Assembly: GCA_964016885.1 (NCBI GenBank)
Contig: OZ024748.1
Coordinates: forward strand, 17,360,001 to 17,424,000
Reading direction: 5' to 3'
From: Eledone cirrhosa
Taxonomy: Eukaryota
Length of the DNA stretch: 64,000 nt
The position numbers and the translations under genes were made by a program. The notes beneath the pieces were generated by a model, which saw only the letters and a list, made by a program, of their open reading frames with translations, searched no databases and was not told the DNA's origin. This document shows positions 43,377-57,578 of this stretch, piece after piece. Numbering within the stretch: position 1 is the stretch's first letter; each line of letters opens with the position of its first letter.

Positions 43377-43610
43377 CAATATTTGGCTTCTGTCAGAAAC
43401 TGAGATCCTAGGTGGACCAGCAGTACAGTTGGTAGGATCGTAACTACTAAAGTCCAACTCAATGGCCGATGACCGCTCTTGAGTTCTCTGATCTTCGAAA
43501 TATGTATTTTTATTTTTTTTAGATCATTTTAAAGTTTTCCCTTTAAAAGATTGTTTTTTGTTTTGCCTTCTTTCTGTTCATTGTTTGTCCTCTCTTTGTT
43601 AATTTTCTTA

Positions 43611-43667
<57 letters not shown>

Positions 43668-43756
43668 GTATGTATATAACGAAGGAAATGTGGTAAGGAA
43701 CCAGATGGACCATAACGCACCAAAGTACTCAATACTTAGGGTAGTAGAGTAGGTAA

Positions 43757-43836
43757 TAGGAACGAGTAGGACCCCCGACGGCTGAACTCAAGCCGTTTCT
43801 ACGGGTTTGAGCTCAGCCGTCGGGGTCCTACTCGTT

Positions 43837-43840
<4 letters not shown>
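43757..43840. repeat. GC-rich hairpin, re-copied inverted across (TA)n at 43873-43892
   Basis: taggaacgagtaggacccccgacggctga...tcagccgtcggggtcctactcgttccta. Confidence 0.8.
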
Positions 43841-43876
<36 letters not shown>

Positions 43877-45156
43877 AATGAGTAGGACCCCGGCGTGTAG
43901 AAAAAGTGAAACACAACGCAAATTCCGAGCCATGCTGGCAAGCGCTCCATAGTTTAAAAAACCAAAGCTATAAACATAGGTTATAAACGCCATACAAACT
44001 GAGTAGGTGGTCAAGAAGGCATTAACCACCTAAGCCAAAAAAACAAGTCAAGCTAAACAGGTCAGACAAAATAAATGACATAATCATACATACATATATG
44101 TGTTTTTATTTTTATTTTATCCTTTATACTCTTCCCTTCATTCTACACATCTCACACATCTTATACACAACACGCATCTCAACGTACACCCACTTACATC
44201 TCTCTCTCCACCACCGGACCTTGTTACCCGGAGATTTACCCATTTGCATTGTCGAGGCTTCCAAACGACTTTAAGATATTTACTTATTGTTCCACAATGC
44301 TTCAAGCAAACTTCAATACTCTCCTATATATACACATATATATGACTAACCTGGACTCATTGGAATTGATGGTAAAATCCAGTACAGGGTTTCTGTGATA
44401 CCTAAATCAATAATACTGTCTGCTTAAAACCATAAGCTTTTGGTATAATGATCGAACAAGGAATATCTCGTTATCAACAGGTATTTTGTTCTGCGCCAGT
44501 ATTGTGCGTGACGTAGTGTTTTGTAAAAGCACATATATATATGTTTGTGTGTATGTATATATGTATACAGCATTAATCTAGCTTAGGAATTGACTCAATC
44601 TAATTCTTTCTTTGTATGTGTTTATATAGATACACACACACACACACGTATATATATGTATATAAAAAAAAAAAATGTATATATAAGTAAAACAAAATAT
44701 GCATATATAAGTAAAAATAAATGTATACATATATATGTTTATGTGTATATATATATAAATATATATATTATGTATATATATATTAATATGTATGTATATA
44801 TATTTATATATATATATATATTTAAATGTATATATGTAAATATATATATATATATATATATATATTCATGTATATATATATATATTTATATAATCTGAGA
44901 TTTTTCAAATATTAATAATAGTTTCTACTTTTGGCACAAGACCAGCAATTATACCAGTGTATTACTGGTACTTTATTTTATCGACCCCATAACATTCTAT
45001 TCGTTTGCAATTTTGCAAACAATCCTGAATCTTATAGCCATGTCAGTAGAATGAACACTTCTTTTTTTATATTTATATACATGTGTATATATATTTAAAT
45101 GTATGTGTAAATATATATATAAATATATATTCATGTCTATATATTTAGATATATGT

Positions 45157-45357
45157 ATCATCATCATCATCATCGTTTAACGTCCATGTTCCACGCTTGC
45201 ATGGGTTTGGACGGGGGTTTTCCCACTTGAGGCAAGAGTGGTTATCTTGCTCGCATAGGACTGTCTGGCTGGTTTTCTACAGCTGGATGCCCTTCCTAAC
45301 ACCAACCACATTTACAGTGTGGGACTGGGAGCTTTTTACTGTGTTGCCTACACGGCG
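45157..45357 (-). mobile_element. RTE 3'UTR fragment
   Basis: Matches 18893-19090. Confidence 0.85.
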
Positions 45358-45412
45358 ATGTATATATATATTTATATGCATGTATATATATATATATTTA
45401 TATGTATATATG

Positions 45413-45453
<41 letters not shown>

Positions 45454-45959
45454 ACAGGGAGAAAGAGACGATTATTAGGAAGAAAAATTTTTTGTTTCCT
45501 TTTTTGTTTCTCTCTTTTTTCTGGGTTAGAAAATGATTAAAACGAAATCTTTTACTCTGTGTGAAGTGTTAAGGTATTAGGTATATATTAAGGTATATAT
45601 ATATATACACACACACACAAACACATGTGTGGTGTGTGTGTAATGAATTTTGAGTTGTAATATGTATCTAATATGTACAATTGTTACAGTTTGTATTGAA
45701 TGTTTTCTTAAATCTTGTGAATCTCTACTTTTCTTTATTTTTCTTTGTTGTTGCTTCCATTTCAATTCAAAGGTGGACAAAAAAAAATCGATATATACAC
45801 ATTTGCATATATGTGTATATATATATGTATGTGTATATATATTTATATATTCATACACACACACACATATAGAGAGATGTAGATATATACACATATGCAT
45901 ATGTACACATGCACATATTGTTCATATCTATATATATATGGATATATGTGTGTGTGTGT

Positions 45960-46019
45960 ATATATACATATATACATATATATACATATATATATATATA
46001 CATATATACATATATATAC

Positions 46020-46066
<47 letters not shown>

Positions 46067-46123
46067 CATATATATACATATATATATATACATATATATA
46101 CATATATATATATATACATATAC

Positions 46124-46176
<53 letters not shown>

Positions 46177-46216
46177 CATATATATATATATATATACATA
46201 TATATGTATATACATA

Positions 46217-46270
<54 letters not shown>

Positions 46271-46271
46271 C

Positions 46272-46304
<33 letters not shown>

Positions 46305-46305
46305 C

Positions 46306-46351
<46 letters not shown>

Positions 46352-46396
46352 ACATATATATATATATCCATATATATATATATACACACACATATA
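45960..46396. repeat. (TA)n/(TACA) microsatellite
   Basis: Direct reading. Confidence 0.95.
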
Positions 46397-46430
46397 GCTG
46401 AAGATCCGCTAAGGTGAAACAATTGTTCTC
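46396..46430 (+). ncRNA. Minimal hammerhead core in a ~65-bp island
   Basis: ag-CTGAAGA-tccgctaaggt-GAAAC-aatt-GTT-ct. Confidence 0.55.
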
Positions 46431-47059
46431 GATATGGTGAACTAACTGTTGTTACCACTTCTATATATCTCTCTCTCTCTCTCTATATATATATACACAC
46501 ACACATATATATATATACACACACACACACATATATATATACACACATACACATATATATATATATATACACACATACACATATATATATATATACATAC
46601 ATATATACATACATACATATATATATATCAAATTAAAAGAACAAAAAAAAACAAAAAAGGGGGAGAAAGAAAATCTTAAAGAATATTATCTGTAAAAAAT
46701 TTCTCGAGATATTCAATGAAAGAATATTTGAGCAGAAATAAATATATTAGCGATAGCAAAGAGAAGAAAATAAAGTGGAAATGAATGCAAACAAAAGCAA
46801 TAAAAATATGAACAGTTGAACTGAAAGTCTTCGAGTGGAAATGAACGTTAAGAAAAGAACATTGAAGTAGTTAGAATATTTAAATAATAAAAGAGAATAG
46901 TTAGTTGTCAAGTATGGAACATTAAAAGTAGATAAACAAATAGATGTGATGAAGTTTTTTATTTTAAATTCTTAGTCATGAATTTTTCTGACTGATACAT
47001 ACAGATGTTAAATGGTTTTAGTATCTAATATTCAGTAAGTGCAGCACATTGCATGTAAA

Positions 47060-47102
<43 letters not shown>

Positions 47103-47117
47103 AGTGTATGTATGTAT

Positions 47118-47274
47118 AGTTATGTAATAAACAACATCAGATAATTAATTCATTTACCAATGGTTTCATTGGTAAATGAATTATCTTATGTTGTTTATTA
47201 CATAACTAAAAAGCTCTGTAGCCTACATAGAGCACTCTCTTTTCCTTTACCTTTCCTACGGAAATACTTCATTT
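47118..47274. mobile_element. Fold-back fragment of the 42378/43115 family, turning at HHR helix III
   Basis: catttaccaatggtttc|attggtaaatg; 3' end shared with 42550-42610. Confidence 0.7.
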
Positions 47275-47458
47275 ATATATGTATATTTATAAGTTAAAAC
47301 AGAAAACAAAAACAATAACAAAGATGGCAGTACAAAGTGTTAGTATTAGGTTCATGCTTGAGAGCGGGGATATATATATATATATGTGTGTGTGTGTATA
47401 TATATATGTGTGTGTGTGTATATATATATGTGTGTGTGTCTGTGTATATGTATGTATG

Positions 47459-47489
<31 letters not shown>

Positions 47490-47671
47490 ATATATGTATA
47501 TATATATATGTGTGTGTGTGTATATATATATATATGTATATGTAGATAGATACCAAGCCCAAATCATTCTGTATCAGGAAGACTTAGTCACCTAACCTGA
47601 CTTGTATTGAATGGGACAGCTCATCTAACCCATATCAGCTTGGAAAAATGGATGTTAAATGATGATAATGA

Positions 47672-47987
47672 TAATCATCATTTTACGACCAATTTTCCCT
47701 GCTTGCAAGGGTGGGACGGGAACTGATTCTGGATGCCCTTCCTAACACCAACCTCATTTACAGTGAGTGCTGGGTGCTTTTTTGCCGTAGCACCTCCACG
47801 ACCACTCTGCAGTGGAATGATATGGACCCCAGTCACTATCATCTCATTTCTACAGCTGAGTAAACTGGAGCAATGTGAAATAAAGTGTCTTGCTCAAGGA
47901 AACAACACATCACCCGGTCTGATAATTGAACTCACAACCTTTCGATTGCAAGGCCACTGTTCTAACCACTAAGCCATGTGCCTCCAT
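47672..47987 (-). mobile_element. CORE-like SINE with RTE-type tail
   Basis: Same family as 22785-23117. Confidence 0.9.
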
Positions 47988-49386
47988 ATATATATATAAG
48001 TGTGTGTGTGTGTTGCCGAAAGGATCTGGCACAGAATATTCTAGAGACAAACCGATTTGATTTTCAAAATTTGAATCCATGTTTTGAGGCACATGGAGTG
48101 TCTTAATTCTGAAAATATTACAAGAAAAACAAACAAAAAAAAAGAAAATGGTAATACTATCAACCCTGTTACTATGATAATTTATGTAGACTGGCTTTTA
48201 TTGATTATCTCACCTATTCCTTCAACACGACCTTATTATTCCGTCCATCCCATCCTATCAGCAGGCGGTATTGTTTTCACTATGAGGCAGAGAGTTGTCC
48301 TCACAGAAGCCACCCAATGTTAACATGAAGATGCTCACCCTTAAGTACACAACAAGCCACTGATACCACTTCAACATACAGCTCTATTGAGTAAATTTCC
48401 ATAGAAACCAAATTGGGGGACAATTGATGATTCATGGGGATGAGACATGGGGAATAAGTAACAGGGGATGAGACACAAGAGAGACATGGTGTGACATAGA
48501 ATAGAAAAAAATTGAAAGAAAGGCATTCTATGGTGAAAATTGCCCTGCAACAATGAGCTACTCAGCTAGTATATATACATATATGTTTATATAGAGAGAA
48601 AACAGAATTATAGATAGACTGAGAAAGAGGAGAATGAGGATGCAAATAAGGGAATGCAAGAGTACCCGAGTCTCATGTGGTTTAATCATAATTGATAGTT
48701 TGTCTTTGATGATCGAATATATTGATTGATTGTTTTTCTTCTTTCGATGATCGATTACATAGATAGATTTTTAGCCATAATCTCCAAGTATCAAACAGCA
48801 CAATAAGGTTTCACTTACGATTCCACCTGTGTACATGTTCTCTATTGAATATGTATTTGGTATATATACAATATACCATGTATGGCCCTTTTTCTCTATA
48901 TATAAACATATATCTTTTAATTTGGTTATATATATATATGTAATCTGAGTTTTTTTAATATTAATAATAATATTCGATTTGTTTGCAATTATGCAAACAG
49001 CCCTCATTTTTAAAGCCATGTCAGTAGAATGAGCCCCTCATTCTTGCTCTTGTATTCTCTGCGAAACATGCATAACAGGTCGATACACAATAAACTTTTT
49101 TATATGTAAACGAAACTTCCTCGTTTTTTTTTCCTATTATACATATATATATATATATATATGTACACGTACATACATATATGTATACAGACGTACAGTA
49201 GTATGTATATATATATACATACATGCACACATATATATATGTACGTATGGATTCATTAAGCCGTAGTGTCTAGCAACCATCGTTTCATTTTTTCCGTTTA
49301 TCGTTTTCGGTGCACCCGGCCGATTAACCCACTCGATATGCAGATTGGGCTACTCAGCCGTTAATATGCATAAGGTAAGTATATAC

Positions 49387-49473
49387 GTTCAACAATCTGG
49401 CAGGAAGGTATACGTTGCTGACGATAGCTAATAAGCTTGAAACTAGTACAGCGTTCCTTTGTCAGTGTTGAAC
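49387..49473 (+). ncRNA. Type I hammerhead in element 49160-49710 (~410-bp unit)
   Basis: acgttg-CTGACGA-t agct aata agct t-GAAAC-ta-GTA-cagcgt; distal stem gttcaaca/tgttgaac. Confidence 0.88.
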
Positions 49474-49734
49474 AAACAAGCAACGATGGTTGCTAGACAC
49501 TACGGCATAATACGGGATGTTTGTTTACAAACACACCCAACATTATAATAAATGTTCGGTGAATCCATACGTACATATACGTGCATGTATGTATATATAC
49601 ATACTACTGTACGTCTGTATACATATATGTATGTACGTGTACATACTTATATTTAAGTAACAGCCGTACTAAGAGTGGGAAATGAAATTTCGTTTCATTT
49701 TTTCCGTTTATATATATATACATATATATATATC

Positions 49735-49809
<75 letters not shown>

Positions 49810-49837
49810 TAAAATAACAGATTAAAGTTTAAGCAAA

Positions 49838-50710
49838 CCCGTATAGAAAGCCGAATGATACGCTTAATTACATAAGTATTCTAACCATCCTGCCAGCATA
49901 ACCAAGAACCTGGTAAGAAACGTTTCTTTGAGGCTTTCCCGTCTATCTACTCACGAGCATATTTTTAACGACCATTCCACATATTACAATGAAGCTCTTG
50001 CTCGGAGTGGATTTGTCGATAAGGTAGCATATACAAAGTACGAGAATAGACCTAGAAGAAATAGATCCCGACGCATTATATGGTATAACCCACCATATAA
50101 TATAGAGGTGGCCACACCATTAACTAAGATCTTTCTCTTCCTTTTTCCCCCTACACATAAATATAGTAACATTTTTAATAGAAATACTATTAAAATGTCT
50201 TACTCTACGACTCCTAACCTTGCACATAACATCACAGTATCAAATTTAGCTAAACTACCTAGCCGTAGGAACAGGTGCAACCCTGTAGTTAGTACTAACT
50301 GTAATTGTAGGAATCGGGTTGACTGCCCCCTATCCGGGAAATGCCTCTCTAGTAACATTGTCTACAAATGTAAGGTTGAAACACCCACGTCCCGTAGGGC
50401 CTACATAGGGTTAACCGCCAATAGATTCAAGCACCGTCTTTACATGCATACCCATTCATTTCGTTACCCTTTAAGAAGGAATATGACGTCACTTTCAGCT
50501 TATATCTGGAGTCTAAAAGACAACCACAGCCAATATAAATTACACTGGGAGATCCTAGCTAAGGCTAGATCGTATAACGGAAATAAAAGACCATGTGACC
50601 TCTGCGCCGCTGAGGCCCTGTAAATACTCTACGCCAAAGACCACATCTTAAACAAAAAATCTGAGGCAATTTCGGCTTGTAAACATAAATTGCACAAAAA
50701 TTCCTGTATT
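49838..50710 (+). pseudogene. Penelope-like retroelement: RT thumb plus GIY-YIG endonuclease (Hydra-clade-like), 5'-truncated
   Basis: PYRKPN / SNHP..I (frameshift), WYNPPY, CNC-x5-C-PLSGKC, IVY..YIG, R..H, CDLC..E, then a stop at 50621 and continuation LNKKSE...CKH. Confidence 0.88.
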
Positions 50711-51284
50711 ACAGCCCCACATTATACCTTAACAGATAGTACGAACTATACGCGGATATTTTACGTCTTGATGTGGTAGTTAAGTATATGTTATGTTTAT
50801 ACCATTACTTATTTGTATAGGTCAGTATATATTACCTGTATGTTTTGTGAAATACGTATACTTTCTCGTACTTATATTTGATTGTATATGTTATGGGGTA
50901 TATATTATTTATTCTGGTACATATGCTTTTGGTTATGTGTATATGTGAGTTTTGCGTCTGTGTGAGTATGCGGGTTCGTACGTATGAACTGTGTGTGTAT
51001 ATGTGTACTTCGTGTTTTGGTTGACGTACGTCTCCGAACATAAGTGTATTTACATGTAGGTATGTGTGTGCGCTTGTAATATACGTACTTATTTATTTAT
51101 ATATGTTTATTTAATTATATGTATACACGCACACACACACACACATATTTATATGTGCGTATATTTGTATAGCTATGGCGAGTGTTTTCGCGTATGCTTG
51201 TGTATGTACGTATATGGATGCGTGTATGTATTTATTTAATTTCATTTACTTCTGTATTTATTTACTTAACTCTGAAGCCGAGAA

Positions 51285-51440
51285 TCATTCCACTGCAAAG
51301 TGGACGTGCCACGGCAAAAAAGTACCCACCACTCACTGTAAATGAGGATGGTGTTAGGAAGGGCATCTAGCCAGAATCAGTTCCCGTCCCACCCTTGCAG
51401 GCAGGGAAAAGCAGACGTAAAATGAAATGATTATGATAAT
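51285..51440 (+). mobile_element. Partial SINE (RTE-type tail)
   Basis: Matches 26750-26915. Confidence 0.75.
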
Positions 51441-52168
51441 ATATATATATAAAAAATTAAATTAATGAATGAAAATCCTATCAAATGTTTATTATAGTGT
51501 ATGTGTGTGTATGTATATATATATATACACACATACACTATAATAAACAAATGTTTTTTATATTGTATTTAATTTTTTTATATTTTTTTATTTCCTTAAT
51601 AAAACGTCATTCATTGAAAATATATACAATTTTAAGGGCCAACTTGACAGCTCTTTAATGTCAGAAATCAAATAGCTATATATATACTGATTTGTTGAAG
51701 ATCAATGAAGCTTACATACCAACAACAGACGTTTTCTGTCTCAAGCCTTTATTTTTTTTTATTCTTTTGTCAGGATTATTTTTTTATATTATTTTGTATT
51801 TATTCATTTTTGCTTCAATTTTTTTTTTCTTTTAAATTCAGAAACATTTTTTTTAAATCTGAGAGACCTATTTTTCTATTTTTTTCCCGTTTTGGTTTGT
51901 TTTCTTTTTTCTTTATTTTTGTAAGCTTAAATTACGGAAACAACATTTTGCGGTTTAATTTATTTTAATTTTATTTTTTTGGCTTATACGCTATTTTTTT
52001 TAAAATTTAAATTCAGAACAAAGTAGAAAAATGTAACCTATCAAAATGTTTTTCTCTTTTGAAAGCCTGAATTGAGAGAAGGATTTTTAAAATTTCTTTG
52101 TGTCTTTTACTTAACCCTTTTATTACTGCATTTCTAGTGAAATACACTCTATTTCAGTTAATTAATTA

Positions 52169-52610
52169 TGTATACAGGCATAACCTGCAGTGGTTTCTGT
52201 CACTGGGGAGTTGGGCCACGCGTCTTTTGACTGACAATATGATCTGGAATTCGATGTTCCTGTCCTTGAGATCCCAGATCAAATCGGCCGGTCTAGTTTG
52301 GGATCGTTTCAGCCTATGTTTAAAGGAGCTTCTATGGTTATACCAGCGATCCTTAAACGTAGTGGGGCTCGCACCTATATATGAGTACTCTTTATTGCCA
52401 GCTGTGACATCACACTGGTAAATAATGTTTTTAACGAGGCATTCTACCCATTTTTTACAGTTGCAATTGGGTGTTACCGGTGTGGTGGCACGTTGTCCGT
52501 TGGTGGCATTCTGTGTGGAGCTGGCCTGTGGGTTGTTGTGTTGTGTTGTGTATGTGGTTTCGTTCTGGATTGTGGTAGTGGTTTGTTGTGGGGCAACCAT
52601 GTGTTTGCGT
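52169..52610 (-). pseudogene. Second PLE GIY-YIG endonuclease fragment (different family)
   Basis: CNC..IIYQC..YIG..FKDRWYNH..IW.LK..CRLC. Confidence 0.85.
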
Positions 52611-52730
52611 ATATATATATACATATATATATACATATATATATACATATATACCTCAATCACTGCCATCAACATCAACAACATCAACATCATTAACACC
52701 AATGATATCTGCCTTAACAACATACATGAC

Positions 52731-53342
52731 TTTCTAGATGTATTTCTTCATTGGAGAGAACACCTGCTCACTTGTAACATGTTTTACAAACTGTAAAAGG
52801 GTTAAGCTGTTGCAACCTTTGTGTGGAGTTGAGAAAGAAAATCAACATAATTCTCTATGAAGTCTAATGACATAGAATGTCAGAAAGATGACAGTATATG
52901 AACAATATGATGAAAACACTAGAGGCTAGTGAAGAGAGGCTGAAATTAATAATTATATAGTTTAGTGAATGTTGAGAAAGTTTGAGGAATGTAACAAATA
53001 TTAAAGAAGACATGTTATCGATGATAAGATGATAAAATTATTAAATATAGGGCAAAATATGTAGGACACACATATATATATATACATATGTTCCAGAAGA
53101 ACATTAAAGTGTTAGGAGTGGGACTACAGTAGTTGTGAAGGGGAATTTGATAAATAAGTGTTGTGTGAAAGAAATATTACAAAGTGTGGACAACATTGGA
53201 CAAGGAATAGGAGAGTGGAAAAGATGAGAGAGAGTGGAATAGATATGAATATAAGGTGAATAAAGTATAGAAGAAATGATAGTGAGTATGAGAAACTATA
53301 TGAGATAGGGTATTGGCATGATCAGTGGATAGTATGGGGAGT
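52731..53342 (+). repeat. ~610-bp segment duplicated in inverted orientation at 58388-58984
   Basis: High-identity reverse-complement match read along its length. Confidence 0.9.
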
Positions 53343-54033
53343 TTGAATAGTATGAGTAGTGCGAATAATGTGGTGCAGTGGAAATAGCAGGGGCAGTTTT
53401 AATAGTATAGGCATTGTGAACAGTGTGGGGAAGTGTGTATGCATGAAGCTTACTTACAAAATTAACAGACCTTCGGCTGAACATTTCAGAGACACGTGAA
53501 TCTTTTAATTTAGGTCTCGGGGAGATTCAGCATCACACAGTGTGTGATGCCATAAGGGGTAACCCTTCAAAGTACAGATAGAACAGATTTTTGCAACAGG
53601 ACCCAATGACTCAGCTGTACTCTTGAACTCATGACCTTAAGATTGTTAGCCAAACACTGTAACAATTAATCCATGTGATTTCTGCCCACAAACAGATATT
53701 ATATTAGTTAGATTATTAGATACATTGAAACATTTGGTAATACAGAGGAGGAATTACTTGGGAAAGATCACTTAAACCATTTCTAAAATAAATAAGCATT
53801 CACTAGAAACCATTAGCAAGTATATTTTTAATTTACCATAAACACACCATAAAACTGATATAAAGTTATAAAAGAAGTTATAAATTTTTATTGTATTGAG
53901 TAATATTATATTTATATATATGATTTAGACATGTCTGTGTTTGATATCGTTCTTTCTCTCACTATATATATACATGCATACATTTATATATATATATATA
54001 TATATTCATACATACAGACACACACATACATAC

Positions 54034-54066
<33 letters not shown>

Positions 54067-54067
54067 C

Positions 54068-54104
<37 letters not shown>

Positions 54105-54675
54105 AGAGAGAGAAAGAGAGGGGGAGGGGTAAATATCTCTACTTATATGAATCTATTATTGCTTACACATATATATATATATATTTATATCTATTTATAT
54201 ATTTATTTATATGTCTATTCATGTACATATATACACAGATATATACACTTGCCCCCCCTCCCCACATATATATATATATATATATTCATATACATGAATA
54301 TGCATGTATGTATTAAATGTATCTATGTGTGGGTGTCCATGTTGATTTATTTGTCTAATTATATATATTTCTATGTGCATTCATTTGCATGTATATATGT
54401 ACTTATGTATGTATGTAGGTAGGTGGGTACGAAGGTATGCACGTATGTATGCATGCATGTATGTATGTATGTGTGTACTACGTACGTATGTATGTACTTA
54501 TGTACATGTATAATCTATGTATACACACATCACACTCATATAGACCATGTGTACAATTTTACAAACACACTAACAAAATTTTTTTAATTTAATTTTTAAC
54601 ATTTCCTTTTCTAAAGATTCATTCAAATGAAATTTATATTTATTTATACACACACACATGTGTGTGTGTATATAT

Positions 54676-54708
<33 letters not shown>

Positions 54709-54715
54709 TATATAT

Positions 54716-54809
<94 letters not shown>

Positions 54810-54904
54810 AGTTATTCCAAATTATTTAACTTTGCTGTTGTAGTAGTAGTTGTTATTGTTAAGTTACATATTTTGAATGTGTCTGTATACACACACACAC
54901 ACAC

Positions 54905-54972
<68 letters not shown>

Positions 54973-55054
54973 TAGAGAGAGAGAGATACATAGATAGATC
55001 GATAGATTTATGTGCCTATATATATATATATATATATAAATGTATATATATAAT

Positions 55055-55104
<50 letters not shown>

Positions 55105-55178
55105 AGTGAGTGTATGAATATATGTGTGTGTGTCTATGAATATATACGTATATATACATAATATATATATGTATGAAT

Positions 55179-55207
<29 letters not shown>

Positions 55208-55212
<5 letters not shown>

Positions 55213-55345
55213 TTGTACTTGTGCATATATTAGTATATATATGTATATATATATTTGTACTTGTGCATATATTAGTATATATATGTATATATATATTTGT
55301 ACTTGTGCATATATTAGTATATATATGTATATATATATTTGTACT
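55208..55345. repeat. 42-bp tandem repeat (~3-4 copies) within a TA tract
   Basis: atttgtacttgtgcatatattagtatatatatgtatatatat. Confidence 0.85.
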
Positions 55346-55358
55346 TGTGCATATATTA

Positions 55359-55399
<41 letters not shown>

Positions 55400-56153
55400 T
55401 ATATATACATATATATGTATGTGTGTATATAGATACGAGATATAGATATAGATTCATATTTATTTTTCATTTCATTTTCAGCTGTTTTTTCTTTTGTTTG
55501 TGTGTTTGCGTATATATATATATATATGTGTGTGCTTTTTTTGTTCATTTTTACCGTATCCTTGCATCATTTCCTACATCAGAATGCAAATCAGCATCTA
55601 GTTGCAGTAAAAGACATATTTAAACTATAAAATAATCTGCAGGGAATTACTAAAAGATTTAATGGCGCATTTATCTGTCAAAAGCTATTGTTATCTACAA
55701 TACAACACTACACTTATAAATTCGAAATTCACTTGCGGGAAATTAAATCTCCTTTGTTCTCATTCTCACATTGTCATACGCTCAATAATTTTGTTCAGAA
55801 TTTTCCATATTTTTTTTTTTTTTTTAGTATTTATGTTCTATTTTATTCTTTATTTTGTTTTTCGTTTTTTATTGTTATTTTTTTGTTATTTTTTGTTTTT
55901 TTTTGTTTTTTCCTTTTAGCCATTATTCATATTAAAATACTCATCGATAATCTTTCATCACTAATAGTGTCAAACCTTGTTGCCATGGATATATATATAG
56001 AGAGATAGATAGATAGATGTATATATGTGTAGATATAGAAAGATATATATATATATGTGTAGATATAGAAAGATATATATATATATAAAAGTATATATAT
56101 GTATGTATATATATATATAAAAGTATATATATGTATATATAAAAAAGTATATA

Positions 56154-56213
<60 letters not shown>

Positions 56214-56217
56214 TATA

Positions 56218-57075
56218 TACTGATTAGTTAGCACCCCAAACACTAAATTAGGATAATACTTAAGTATATCCTAATGTTTGTTGAGTGAGATGGAGTTGGT
56301 CGGAGTATCGCTTAAGGCTTTCTCTGTTTATGTATTGAATAACTCTTGGGGGCCTGATATGATTTCCATATAAGGTATGACTCTCTTTCTTATTATTATT
56401 TTTTATATGAAATACTGATTGATCTTCCTTGTATCCCATGTCTGATTTAGCCTTAGAGAGTGGCTGTGTGTGTATATGGGTGATCCATACATATATTTAT
56501 TATGTTTTAATATCTCTGTGTGTGCATTGGTTGTGTACACAATTGGATATTAGAAGAATAACTATATGAGTTCTTATACACGTGGTTAATACCTAACAGG
56601 TTTAAATGACCAGCGTGTATATTGTTTTATTTTAAGATGACCTCCCTTTAGCCTTTTGGGGACAGCGTGTATTTTTTCTTTGGGAGGACTGCTGGATTTT
56701 CTAATCTACCAGTCTCTTCTTAGCGCTGAGGGAGACCATCACCATTCTATTAATGTCGATATAATTCTTATATCGATATTACTTGGGCATCCACTGATGA
56801 GTTTATAAGAGCCCGCTTGTGTATAAAACTATGGATTATATACAAGTTTCTACATAACCTGGAAATTATTTATCCAAAATTGTAGAAAGCTTATAACGAA
56901 ACGGCCGTCTGGAAGGAATGAGATATTTATTTAATAATGTCTCATATAAAATAATACAACCAGCTATCCACGAAATACTGATTAGTTAGCACCCCAAACA
57001 CTAAATTGGGATAATACTTAGGTATATCCTAATGTTTGTTGAGTGAGATGGAGTTCTCTGTTTATGTATTGAGTA
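56218..57075 (+). mobile_element. ~758-bp non-coding HHR element with a partial terminal direct repeat (pseudo-LTR)
   Basis: 56221-56297 repeated at 56979-57055; HHR at 56790-56913. Confidence 0.8.
56790..56913 (+). ncRNA. Type I hammerhead with a ~97-nt branched helix II
   Basis: tcca-CTGATGA-gtttataag[two hairpins]cttataac-GAAAC-ggcc-GTC-tgga. Confidence 0.75.
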
Positions 57076-57088
57076 TAAAAGTATATAT

Positions 57089-57578
57089 AACCTACTACAG
57101 TCAGTAGGCATCTCTAACAAAATATACCCCCGTCCCACCACCCACACCCCATCCACACCGCCCTTTCAATGTAAAGTTATGTTGGTGCCACAACATCCAG
57201 GCCTAAACAAATGAGATTGTGTAGGTGTCACGACAAAAAAAACCCACAGTCCACGCTGTAAATGTGGTCGTGTAGGCAACACGGTAAAAACCTCCCAGCC
57301 CCACACTGTAAATGTGGTTGGTGTTAGGAAGGGCATCCAGCTGTAGAAAACCCGCCAGACAGTCCACGCTGTAATGTGGCCGTGTAGGCAACACGGTAAA
57401 AACCTCCCAGCCCCACACTGTAAATGTGGTTGGTGTTTGGAAGGGCATCCAACTGTAGAAAACCCGCCAGACAGTCCTATGCGAGCAAGACAACCACTCT
57501 TGCCTCAAGTGGGAAAACTCCCGTCCAAACCCATGCAAGCGTGGAACATGGACGTTAAACGATGATGATGATGATGAT
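57089..57578 (+). mobile_element. RTE LINE 3'UTR copy
   Basis: Reverse complement of 18893-19385. Confidence 0.88.

Noticed and set aside
43400-43510. Two partial hammerhead-like strings
   Set aside because: Core incomplete and stems not consistently paired
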